Of a DNA stretch of 64,000 nt, positions 38,519-49,438 are shown piece by piece. The stretch comes from Centroscyllium fabricii (Eukaryota), in NCBI GenBank assembly GCA_051313645.2, contig JBNRSN020000003.1:110794001-110858000 (forward strand), read 5' to 3'. The notes under the pieces were generated by a model, which did not search any database, had not been told where the DNA came from, and was given only the letters and a program-made list of their open reading frames with translations. Position 1 is the stretch's first letter; the number at the start of each line of letters is the position of its first letter. Both the position numbers and the translations under genes were made by a program.

Positions 38519-40045
38519 ATCAATATCCTCTGGGTGGGTGGCAGGCAGGCAGAAGTCTCACCATCTCCCCCGCGCCCCCCCATCCAACCAGTATTTCTTC
38601 CTCAACTTACATATGGTGGAATCTTGGTAGAACCAAGTTCCATCCGAAATTCTGGCTCGTCGAGATGATCCACATGCCCTCTGCCCAGGTGCCAATTGGA
38701 ATTTCAGGCACATAGACTTTAGCCATGGCATTTTAATGACATTTATCAATGTGCCCTAACTACAGTAAAAATGCACTTTCCAACACTGACAAGTTTTTAA
38801 GTTAAAAATCGAAGCAATATCTGAAATATGAATCTAGATAAAAATAGCACTGTGCCAAAATGAGTCGAAATTGCTACAACCTCTCTGCAGGACTGCTGTT
38901 TGCCTTTTAAGTAACCTCAACAAAATCCTCAATCTGCCCTCGTGTATGATCTCTACCTTTTGACTACACAGGTAAATATTTTCCATATAATCAGTTAGCC
39001 TACTGCTCAATGTGTTCCAATGGAAGGAATGCAATTGCAAATATCTTTACTCAATTATTCTAGGCCCCTTTAAAAAAAACTTTGAGAGTTTCCACCTTAA
39101 ATTCCTGAACATACATTAAAACACAGTTCACCGTTATATTGTATGATATTTTTTTTAATGAGCAGATTACTGTTGCAATGCTCTACAAATCTCTTCAAAG
39201 CATTTCAGTATATTAGTCATTAGAGGTAAATTCTTGCATGTGTCAATCAGCCTCTGGTTTGGGATGAAACGTGACACAAAGAGTTAAACTCCACCAACAT
39301 TTGAGATATATAAATTCAATCCTGGAACAATCTTTTTCATTCTTCACTGAACACTCTGTGAAAAGGTTACCTGCCAATCATAATGATACATACCTACTGA
39401 AGTATAGTTTCTAGCCTAGAGGGCGAAATGGGCGGCATGACCAATTATAACTCTTACCTCTGGGAACATGGTATAGATCGGACAAATTTTCAGATGTAAC
39501 AAAAGTCTCCTCTCAATAGTCATCCTTAACCCTAAATTGATTTGACAATTTCATCTGTGGACAGGAGTCCACAGCAAATAAATGTCATCATATTTACTAA
39601 CAATGGTAGTAATGTGTTTAGCAACCTTAATTTGCAAGCGGTCAGAGGGCACGAGTCTGTTCAAAAGAGGAGCAGATGAGCATCCACTGGGAAAGAAGAA
39701 AGAATGGGCTCCAGCATAATAAAAAAAACAGATGAATTCTGTGGTGTAATCTGATAGCATAATGGCAAGGGGCATTATGGGAGGGTCAAAGGTCATTACT
39801 TGAGGTTCTGGGTCACAGAGAACTAGAAGGGAAACTGAAACCAAAAGTACTGGTTAATGTGTGTTCTGGTTGCTGGAATAAAAGACACAAAAGATATACA
39901 CTCTTGATGTTTTTGCCCACGCGCAAGTTTGAATAATACGACATGGTGTCAGAGTGACTTCAAGTGAGTGTAGTTTTGCCGTGTTCTGAAGAAGTTTGGG
40001 CGAGAGTTGTGAAACAGTGCTAGCTAGGCTACTGTGTCGACGGGG

Positions 40046-40778
40046 ATGGCTCAACCACCACCCGTGTCGGGGCCCAGTGCTACATTCAGCATCCAGCCAC
40101 CGGAGCCGTTTGACTTCACCAAACCCCAAGAATGGGAAAAGTGGATACGGAGGTTTGAGCGCTTTTGTCAGGCCAGTAACCTCCATACAACCACACAGGC
40201 GAACCAAGTGAACACTCTTATGTACTGAATGGGAGACGAAGCGGATGACGTTCTGAAAGGACTGAATCTATCCGACGCTCAACAACGACAGTATGACGCA
40301 GTTAAGAGATGGATTTCTGGCATTCTTTGTGTTGAAGAAGAACGTTTTAATATGAGGAAGCAAGGAACAGGTGAAACAATCGATTCTTTTGTGACCGCAT
40401 TGTATACCTTGGCTGAACATTGTAACTATGGAGCTTTGCACGATGAACTGATTAGGGACAGGTTGGCTGTTGGGCTAGCAGACGTGCGCCTGTCAGAGAG
40501 AATGCAGCTGGATAAAGACCTCACGCTAGAAAAAGCGATGGCAATGGCCAGACAGACAGAAGCAGTGAGACAGCAACAGTGCAACCTGCGGGGAGAAAAT
40601 ACTAAGGAGACATGCTCTGTGGATAGAGTCGTGAGTAAAGGCAAACAATTTCAGAGAAATAAGAAGTTTAACAAGCCAAACAAAACGTACACAGAGAAAA
40701 ATAAGACAGTCAAAATCATGCTTCAAATGTGGAAACAGTCCCTCACATCCAAAAACGGAGTGCCCTGCTAATGATGTA
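40046..40778 (+). pseudogene. gag of Gypsy D (in-frame TGA at 40226-40228 and later frameshift)
   Basis: PEPFDF..WEKWIRRFERF, LAEHCNYG, IRDRL motifs. Confidence 0.88.
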
Positions 40779-43700
40779 ATGTGTCATGCATGTGGCAAGA
40801 AAGGCCACTATAAGCGTGTGTGTGCATCCTCCAAAGTTGTGCACGAGGTACAAGAAGAAGAGGAGGACAGCAGCTTATTCCTGGGCACAGTGGCAGCAGG
40901 CAGAGATCCTTGGATGGTGAACCTGAAGATCAAAGACAGAAAGGTCAAATTTAAAATAGACACTGGCGCTGATGTGACTGTTATCCCTGACTTTGTGTTT
41001 AATACTGTATTCAAAGGTGACATTCCAAAACTTCAGCAAGCAAAGAGGCTGATACTGGGACCAGGATGCACTCCACTGGATGTCCTGGGAGTCTCAAACA
41101 TCACGCTAGAGAGAGGAGGACAGCAGATACAAGAGGACGTGTATGTGATAAGAAACCTGCACACAGCGTTACTAGGCAGACCCGCCATCACCAAGCTGGA
41201 GCTGGTGGCACGACTCAACACCGTCGACCTGGACACACTGAAAAACAGTTATCCAAAGCTGTGCAGCGGTCTTGGCCTTATACAGCAGCCATACACTATC
41301 AAGCTGAAACCTGGGGCGGAGCCATTCTCCCTGAAGACACCGCGACGGGTACCTCTTCCACTGATGCCAAAGGTGAAAAAAGAACTTGAGCGCATGGAAA
41401 GGATAGGAGTTATCAGCCGGGTAGAGGAGCCCACTGAATGGTGCACAGGCATGGTAGTAGTGGCAAAAAAGTCAGGAGAGCCTCGCATATGTGTCGATCT
41501 CACAATGCTAAACAAGTCAGTGTATAGGGAGAAGTATATACTGCCTTCGGTAGAGCAGACTCTAGGCTCACTAGCTGATGCTCAGATCTTTAGCAAGCTA
41601 GACGCTAACATGGGCTTCTGGCAAATACCGCTAGCCAAAGAATCAGCTAAACTGACGACCTTTATTACACCATTCGGGAGGTATTACTTTAATAGGTTAC
41701 CCTTTGGGATTGCATCGGCACCCGAGCACTTCCAGAATAGAATGGTCACAGAGATCACTGAGGGCTTAGAGGGCATTGTTTGCCATATGGATGATGTATT
41801 AATATGGGGGCACACGCAGACAGAACATGACTCTCGTCTTCATGCAGTGTTGAGGAAGATAGAGAAGGCAGGAATAACTCTCAACATGGAGAAATGTGAG
41901 TTCTCAGTAAGGGAAGTTAAATTCCTGGGTCACATAATTACAGATGAGGGAGTAAAGTCAGACCCGACTAAAACAGCAGCAGTAAGAGAGATGCAGGAGC
42001 ACACCAATGTAAGTGAGCTACGCTGCTTCCTGGGGATGGTGAATCAGTTAGGAAAGTTTATCCCTCAGCTAGCAGAAAAGGATAAACCACTCAGAGACTT
42101 GCTGTCTAAGAAAAATCACTGGCTCTGGGGAGTCGACCAGGTCAAAGCCTTCAACAGCCTGAAGGAGGAGCTGTCGAGCACACCTGTGCAAGCTCTGTAT
42201 GATCCCAACAAAGAGAGTAAGGTGTCAGCAGACGCGTCCAGTTTCGGACTGGGAGCGGTCCTGCTACAGAAATGGGGCGAGGAATGGAGGCCTGTCGCCT
42301 ACGCTTCCAGATCTCTCTCACCAGTCGCGCAGAGATATGCACAGATAGAAAAAGAGGCGCTGGCACTGACATGGGCCTGTGAAAGATTCAGAGACTTTCT
42401 GATAGGCCAACACTTTGAGTTAGAGACGGATCATAAACCTCTGCTAAGTCTCCTGGGGGCCCAAACTTTGGACGCCTTACCCCCCAGGATCCAGCGTTTC
42501 AGAATGAGACTGATGAGGTATTCTTACATAATATCTCATGTTCCTGGAAAAAGCTTGTGGACCGCAGACACGCTGTCACGAGCACCAATGGAGAACAATG
42601 CAGTAGACACAGACACAGAGCTCATGGAGAGCACAAACATCTATGTGGACAGCATCATGGAGAACCTCCCAGCGACCGTTTCCTACCTGGACAACCTGAG
42701 AGAGCACCTCAAAACGGACAACGTGTGCTCTACCGTCATGCGGATGTGTCGGGATGAATGGCCTGAGTACAACGCATGTGAGGGAACTTTAAAACGGTAC
42801 TGGACGGAGCGCGCCTTCCAAACCGTACAGGACGGTCTTCTACTGAAGGGCACAAGGCTGGTCATTCCTTCACCCCTAAGGAATGATGTCCTCGATAAGC
42901 TACATGAAGGACATCAGGGCGTCGTGAAATGTAGGGAGCGGGCGCGACAGACTGTGTGGTGGCCTGGCCTGAGCCAGCAGCTAAACGAGCTAGTGCTAAG
43001 CTGTAGAACCTGCATCAGGGAACGTACAAACCACGCAGAGCCGCTCATCCAGACAGAACTTCCTGACAGACCCTGGCAGAAGTTAGGGGCGGATTTGTTT
43101 GCACTTAAAGGTAAAACCTACCTGCTGGTGGTGGACTATTACTCGAGGTATGTTGAGATAGCGAACCTCACCTTCACTAAGTCCACTGATGTTACAGTTT
43201 ATCTCAAATCAATGTTCGCGCGTCATGGAATACCTGAGACACTAGTGACTGATAACGGGCCGCAATTCTCATGTGGCACATTCTCAGCCTTCGCTGCGAC
43301 ATATGGATTCCAGCATGTGACCAGCAGCCCGAGATATCCGAAAAGCAATGGAGAAGCAGAACGTGCTGTTCAGACGGTAAAGAATCTCAAGAAAGCCACT
43401 GATCCGTATCTTGCCTTGCTTGCATACAGATCAACGCCACTCCAGAACGGATTTAGTCCTGCTCAGGTGCTCGTGGGGCACCAGCTTCGCACTACTGTGC
43501 CAACCTCTCCATCGCTATTGGACCCAGCACTGCCGAGCAGCACCACAGTTAAGTCGAAGGAGAAGGAGAGGAGGAGCACGGATCTGACACGCTACAACAA
43601 GCGTCACCGAGCGTCTGATCTCAGCAGTCTCCCATCCGGGCAACAGGTGTGGGTGACTGACTCCAAAGTCACTGGGACTGTGGTGAATGAACACTCAGCA

Positions 43701-43928
43701 CCGCGATCCTACATAGAAGATGTGCCTCAGGGGACTGTACGTAGAAACAGGCACCAACTTATTCCTATGGACGGACCGGAGAGTGTCATGGACACAACCA
43801 ACTTACAGGTGCCTGCCCAGACACATACTCCTGTGTCATCCCCGAGACCACAAACACCTAGTCTGGAGCACACTTTCAGAACGAGATCTGGAAGACCTGC
43901 AGTAAAACCCACTAGACTGGACTTTTGA
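40779..43928 (+). CDS. pol: Open 1049-aa frame of Gypsy D: zinc knuckle, protease, RT, RNase H, integrase
   Basis: CHACGKKGH..VC, IDTGAD, HMDD, ADAS...EKEA, HHCC and TDNGPQF...GEAER all in one frame; natural start would be upstream in gag. Confidence 0.95.
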   Translation: MCHACGKKGHYKRVCASSKVVHEVQEEEEDSSLFLGTVAAGRDPWMVNLKIKDRKVKFKIDTGADVTVIPDFVFNTVFKGDIPKLQQAKRLILGPGCTPLDVLGVSNITLERGGQQIQEDVYVIRNLHTALLGRPAITKLELVARLNTVDLDTLKNSYPKLCSGLGLIQQPYTIKLKPGAEPFSLKTPRRVPLPLMPKVKKELERMERIGVISRVEEPTEWCTGMVVVAKKSGEPRICVDLTMLNKSVYREKYILPSVEQTLGSLADAQIFSKLDANMGFWQIPLAKESAKLTTFITPFGRYYFNRLPFGIASAPEHFQNRMVTEITEGLEGIVCHMDDVLIWGHTQTEHDSRLHAVLRKIEKAGITLNMEKCEFSVREVKFLGHIITDEGVKSDPTKTAAVREMQEHTNVSELRCFLGMVNQLGKFIPQLAEKDKPLRDLLSKKNHWLWGVDQVKAFNSLKEELSSTPVQALYDPNKESKVSADASSFGLGAVLLQKWGEEWRPVAYASRSLSPVAQRYAQIEKEALALTWACERFRDFLIGQHFELETDHKPLLSLLGAQTLDALPPRIQRFRMRLMRYSYIISHVPGKSLWTADTLSRAPMENNAVDTDTELMESTNIYVDSIMENLPATVSYLDNLREHLKTDNVCSTVMRMCRDEWPEYNACEGTLKRYWTERAFQTVQDGLLLKGTRLVIPSPLRNDVLDKLHEGHQGVVKCRERARQTVWWPGLSQQLNELVLSCRTCIRERTNHAEPLIQTELPDRPWQKLGADLFALKGKTYLLVVDYYSRYVEIANLTFTKSTDVTVYLKSMFARHGIPETLVTDNGPQFSCGTFSAFAATYGFQHVTSSPRYPKSNGEAERAVQTVKNLKKATDPYLALLAYRSTPLQNGFSPAQVLVGHQLRTTVPTSPSLLDPALPSSTTVKSKEKERRSTDLTRYNKRHRASDLSSLPSGQQVWVTDSKVTGTVVNEHSAPRSYIEDVPQGTVRRNRHQLIPMDGPESVMDTTNLQVPAQTHTPVSSPRPQTPSLEHTFRTRSGRPAVKPTRLDF

Positions 43929-44650
43929 AAAAAAAGGTTAAGATAACTGGGGGGGGGGGGAAACATTGCTGTGTAAAGAATTGAATGTGGGGAATGCATA
44001 TCTTGGTCACTGTTTATGGAAAATTCCTTATATAAGGTGTTCTGATAAAGGGAATTGTTTTGTGACAATATTGTTTTAGAGAAAATACTTATGTTTATGG
44101 CAATGTTAATTTATAAGCCAAAAGTAAACAAAAAAGCAAAGGTATGGTTTTGTTTAACTGAAAAGGGGAGATGTGGTGTAATCTGATAGCATAATGGCAA
44201 GGGGCATTATGGGAGGGTCAAAGGTCATTACTTGAGGTTCCGGGTCACAGAGAACTAGAGGGGAAACTGAAACCAAAAGTACTGGTTAATGTGTGTTCTG
44301 GTTGCTGGAATAAAAGACACAAAAGATATACACTCTTGATGTTTTTGCCCACGCGCAAATTTGAATAATACGACAAATTCCTGTTGAAAATAATGGGTTC
44401 CAAGTTATTTACTGCATCCGCTAGAAAAAAGAACAAATGGTTACGAAAGTGCAAAAAACCAAATGGATGGTGCCAAGCATGACGGTAAACTTAAAACATT
44501 GAAAACGGTGATGGGGGGACAGGAGAGGCTGGTGTTTGGAAAGTTTTGTGGGAAAAAATCCATTTGCACACTAAACTCATGTGTTGTACCCAATATCATA
44601 TCTTCACCTAGGACAGACTGAAAACAAATGCAACCAAGCTCTGGATCTAT

Positions 44651-44789
44651 GGCTGGGAATTTCCTCAGAGCTACTCCCACTGTGCCACTGTAACTTCAAC
44701 AGAAGTGCAGCATAAAAGCAGGGCTTCCATCACACTTTGAGCAAAACTTTGAGCGTGGAATGGGAGCAGCTCTGAGAAAAATCATGGCC
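44651..44789. mobile_element. Short hairpin-shaped MITE
   Basis: About 30-bp imperfect TIRs ggctgggaatttcctcagagctactccca / tgggagcagctctgagaaaaatcatggcc; flanks tat / tgt. Confidence 0.6.
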
Positions 44790-45211
44790 TGTGCGTCCAT
44801 CTCATTTATCAGTGTAAAATGGCAGCTAATATGAAGTATAATTTTTCCTCCCTGCTGCTTTACACTGGAACTACAGATTACATAGAGCCGTGAGAAAATT
44901 CAACCCCTTCCCAGTGCCTCATGTAAAGTTTAGGATAGGAGACAGAAGGCGACTCACTAAAAAGATCAAGGACAGAGGCAGAGACTCACTTATGGATTGG
45001 GGACAGAGGGAGAGATGCACTTAAAAGGAATATTTCCATTGAATTTGAGAGTCTTGCTTTGAAGAGTGCTTTAATGTTTGATGAGGCTGTTGATCCAGTG
45101 CAATTTAGCCCCTGTGGGCTGACACTTGGTTCATTAGATATTGTAACATTTATTGTAACACGAATCTACCAACTGTAATAATTTTTGACGCATCTGGTAC
45201 AAGGCACCTGG

Positions 45212-46842
45212 AATCATAAAATCATAGAAGATAGGAGCAGGAGTAGGCCATTCGGCCCTTCGAGCCTGCTCTGCCATTCAATGAGATCATGGCTGATCTT
45301 ACACGTTCAGTACCCAGTCCCTGCCTTCTCCCCATATCCCTTAATCCCTTTAGCCTGCAGAAATATATCCAGTTCCCTCTTGAATATATTCAATGAACCG
45401 GCCTCCACCGCCCTCTGTGGCAAGTAATTCCACAGGTTCACCACTCTCTGGGTGAAGAATTTCCTCCTCATCTCAGTCCTACAAGGCTTACCCCTTATCC
45501 TTAGACTATGCCCCCTGGTTCTCGACTCCCCGGCCATCGGAAACATCCTTTCTGCATCTAACCTGTCCAAGCCTGACAGAATTTTAGAAGTCTCGATGAG
45601 ATCCCCTCTTAATCTTCTAAACTCCAGCGAGTATAAGCCCAGACTACACAATCTCTCCTCATAAGTCATTCCTGCCATCCCAGGTATCAGCCTGGTGAAT
45701 CGTCGCTGTACTCCCTCCATGGCAAGAACATCCTTCCTCAGATGCGGCGACCAAAACTGCACACAATACTCAAGGTGTGGCCTCACCAAGACCCTGTACA
45801 GCTGCAGCAAGACATCCCTATTCCTATACTCAAACCCTCTTGATCTGAAGGCCAACATACCATTTGCCTTTTTAACCACCTGCTGCACCTGCATGCTCAC
45901 CTTCAGTGACTGGTGCACAAGAACACCCAGATCTCTTTGCACTTCCCCATCTCCCAATCTATTGCCGTTCAAATAATACTCTGCCTTTCTGTTTTTGCTA
46001 CCAAAGTGGATAACCTCACATTTATCCACATTATAGTGCATTTGCCAGGTGTTCGCCCAATCCCCCAATCTGTCCAGGTCGCTCTGGAGCTTCCCGACAT
46101 CCTCCTCAGAGCATACTCCCCCTCCAAGCTTAGTGTCATCTGCGAATTTGGAGATGTTACATCCAATTCCCTCATCCAGGTCATTAATATATATTGTGAA
46201 CAGCTGGGGTCCCAGTACCGACCCCTGTGGGACCCCACTAATCACTGCCCGCCAATCAGAAAACGACCCGTTTATCCCAACTCTCTGTTTTCTATCTGCC
46301 AACCAGTTCTCTAACCACGCCAATACCTTGCCCCCAATCCCATGAGCCTTAATTTTGCCTGCCAATCTCCTATGAGGGACCTTGTCAAAGGCTTTCTGGA
46401 AGTCCAGATAAACCACATCTACTGGCTCTCCCCTATCTATTTTATCGGTTACATCCTCGAAGAATTCCAATAGATTAGTCAAGCACGATTTACCTTTTGT
46501 AAATCCATGCTGACGTTGTCCGATCACATCACTCTTAGTCAAGTGATCTGCTATTACGTCCTTAATAATGGACTCTAGCATTTTGCCCACAACCGATGTA
46601 AGGCTTACCGGTCTATAATTCCCCACCTTCTCTCTACCCCCCTTTTTGAATAGTGGGGTAACATTAGCTACCCTCCAATCCCTGGGCACCATTCCAGAGT
46701 CTATGGAGTTCTGGAAAATGATCCTCAAAGCATCTGATATCTCCAGGGCCACTTCCTTAAGCACCCTAGGATGCAGATTATCAGGCCCTGGGGATTTGTC
46801 GGCCTTTAATCCTTTCAATTTCCAGGACACCATATCCTTAGA
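45212..46842 (-). mobile_element. Young CR1-B with an open RT frame of about 510 codons
   Basis: ORF 45307-47007 from ISKDMV onward contains all RT motifs including FADD; 3' tail at 45212. Confidence 0.95.
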
Positions 46843-47251
46843 AATATTGAGAGGCGATCTCATTGAGACGTATAAAATTCTGAAAGGTCTGGACAGGTTA
46901 GATTCAGAGAGAATGTTTCCAATGGCGGGGGAGTCCAGAACCAGGGGCCACAGTCTAAGGATAAGGGGTAAACCATTTAGGACAGACATGAGGAAGAATT
47001 TCTTCACTCAGAGAGTGGTGGGCCTGTGGAATTCCCTGCCACAGAGGGCGGTGGAGGCCAGTTCATTAAACATATTCAAGAGGGAATTGGATATATTTCT
47101 TCAAGCTAAAGGGATTAAAGGTTATGGAGAAAAGGTGGGGACGGGTTACTAGCTTGCTAAAGATCAGCCATGATCTCATTGAATGGCGGAGCAGGCTCGA
47201 AGGGCTGAATGGCCTACTCCTGCTCCTATCTTCTATGATTCTATGATTCTA
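46840..47251 (+). mobile_element. CR1 3' end joined 5'-to-5' with the preceding copy
   Basis: LRGDLIETYKIL...GTGY stop, (attctatg)n tail. Confidence 0.9.
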
Positions 47252-47533
47252 TGGTGGTAGCATAGTGCTCCTGGCATGCTCTTCCACATTCCTCATTGAA
47301 CCAGGGTTGGTCCGCTGGCTTAATGGTAATGGTAGAGTGAGGGATATGCCGGGCTGTGAGGTTACAGATTGTTGTGGAATACAATTTTGCTGCTGCTGCT
47401 GATGGCCGACAGCACCTCATGGATGCCTAGTTTTGAGCTGCTAGATCTGTTCTGAAGCCACCCCATTTAGCACGGTGGTAGTGCCACACAACATGATGGA
47501 GAGTGTCCTCCGTGTGAAGGCGGGATTTGTCTC
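47252..47533 (-). mobile_element. Internal LINE fragment, probably LINE-B (region after the endonuclease)
   Basis: Antisense translation includes VVWHYHRAKW and QPWFNEEC, typical of the EN-RT linker. Confidence 0.65.
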
Positions 47534-48421
47534 TAAACTCCAACGATTACAAGCCCAGACTACACAATCTCTCCTCGTAGGTCATTCCTGCCATTCCAGG
47601 AATCAGCCTGGTGAAACGCCGCTGCACTCCTTCCATGGCAAGAACATCCTTCCTCAGGCGAGGCGACCAGAACTGTACACAATACTCGAGGTGTGGTCTC
47701 ACCAGTGCCTTGTACAGCTGCAGTAAGGTATCCTTATTCCTATACTCGAACCCTCTTGATATGAAGGCCAACATACCATTTGCCTTCCCAACCGCCTGCT
47801 GCACCTGCGTGCTCGCCTTCAGCGACTGGTGCACAAGAACACCCAGGTCTCTCTGCACCTCCCCATCTCCCAATCTATTGCCATTTAAGTAGTAATCTGC
47901 CCTCCTGTTTTTGCCCCCAAAGTGGATAACCTCACATTTATCCACATTATAGTGCATCTGCCATCTATCTGCCCAGTCCCCCAACTTATCCAAATCGCCC
48001 TGTAACTTCCTGACACCCTCTTCAGAGCCTGCCCCCCCCTCCTAGTTTGGTGTCGTCTGCGAATTTGGAGATATTACATTCAATTCCCTGATCCAGATCA
48101 TTAATATATATTGTAAACAGCTGAGGTCCCAGGACAGACCCCTGCGGTACTCCACTAGTCACCGGCTGCCACTCAGAAAACGAGCCGTTAATTCCAACTC
48201 TCTGTTTTCTGTCTGCCAACCAGTTCTCTATCCACATCAAAACTTTGCCCCCAATCCCATGAGCCTTAATTTTACATGCTAATCTTTTATGTGGAACCTT
48301 ATCGAAAGCTTTCTGGAAGTCAAGGTACACCACATCTACTGGCTCTCCCCCATCTATTTTCCGAGTTACTTCCTCAAAGAATTCCAATAGATTAGTTAAA
48401 CATGATTTACCTTTTGCAAAC
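47534..48421 (-). mobile_element. CR1-B internal RT fragment
   Basis: ORFs 47547-47993 and 48022-48453. Confidence 0.9.
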
Positions 48422-48830
48422 CTGAGGATTGGGAGCAGTTTAGGATTCAACAAAGGAGGACAAAGCGATTAATTAAGAGGGTGGAATAGAGTAGGAGAGT
48501 AAGCTTTCAAGGAACATAAAACATGACTGTAAAAGCTTCTATAGATATGTGAAGAGAAAAAGATTGGTGAAGTCAAGCGTAGATCCCTTGCAGTCAGAAT
48601 AAGGGGAATTTATAATTCCCCTTATAGAATAAATGGCAGACCAATTAAATAGATACTTTGGTTCTGTCTTCATAAAGGAGGACACAAATAACCTCCCAGT
48701 GATGTCGGGGAACAGAGGGTCTAATGAGGGGGAGGAACTGAATGAAATCAGTATTTGTAGGGAAATGGTGTTAGGGAAATTGACAGGATTGAAGCCGATA
48801 AATCCCCAGGGCCTGATAAGTACCCTAGGA

Positions 48831-49438
48831 CAGCGGTCTCCAACCGCCGGTCCGCGGAACAGTTTTACCGGTCCGCGGACGGTCCTGAGAATCCGCGCAT
48901 GCGCCGAATCAACGACCTTGCCGCGGACCGTCGGCTAATGATCGGCGCATGCGCCGCCTCACAGACCCAGCCGCTGGCAACTGAAGGAATTGCAGCGGCA
49001 GGGTCTGTGAATCTACGCATGCGCCGCCTCACAGACCGAGCCGCTGCCCACTGGCAACTGAAGGAATTGCAGCGGCAGGGTCTGTGAATCTACGCATGCG
49101 CCGCCTCAGAGACCCAGCCGCTGCCCGCTGGCAACTGAAGGAATTGCAGCGGCAGGGTCTGTGAATCGTCGCTAGATGTTTCACAAACGCAAGGCAGCTG
49201 CCCAGCAGGTCAGTCTTTTTACCCCGCCAGCCTAGAAAATCTCCGTCAGAACCCCCCCCCCGCTGAGGCTAAAAAGCTCCTTCCGCCCCCCCCCTCCACG
49301 AGGCTAAAAATCTCCGTCAGCCCCCTCCCCCCCACCCCGCTGAGGCTAAAAATCTCCGATCAGAACCCCCCCACCGGTCCGCGAAGAAATTGACAACCTC
49401 AAAACGGGCCGCGAACGCAAAAAGGTTGGGGTCCACTG
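48831..49438. mobile_element. Non-autonomous hAT (Charlie-like) element
   Basis: TIRs cagcggtctccaacc / ggttggggtccactg; perfect 8-bp TSD ccctagga with central TA. Confidence 0.92.
48946..49167. repeat. Three tandem 70-77 bp self-complementary units inside the hAT MITE
   Basis: cgcatgcgccgcctcacagacccagccgctg...cagcggcagggtctgtgaatc repeated three times. Confidence 0.9.

Larger units (their letters stand above)
28080..38603. mobile_element. Probable small MITE whose ends (28080-28300 and about 38519-38603) enclose a 10-kb nested block
   Basis: Imperfect TIRs gagggaaaatcctg / cagtatttcttcctc, each flanked by aac. Confidence 0.45.
39740..44375 (+). mobile_element. Ty3/Gypsy LTR retrotransposon D (Mag-like), near intact
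   Basis: 204-bp LTRs 39740-39943 and 44172-44375 (3 mismatches by eye), TSD aattc, PBS tggtgtcagag (tRNA-Leu-like), PPT aaaaggggaga. Confidence 0.97.

Noticed and set aside
39452-44395. Possible minus-strand host exon (ttttcaacag acceptor beside the Gypsy D TSD, ag/gtaaga donor near 39455)
   Set aside because: All three frames contain stops and such motifs occur by chance; a non-coding exon cannot be excluded without RNA data.
45307-47007. 566-aa ORF as a complete gene
   Set aside because: The first ~53 aa are the antisense reading of the adjacent CR1; the rest is a truncated CR1 RT.
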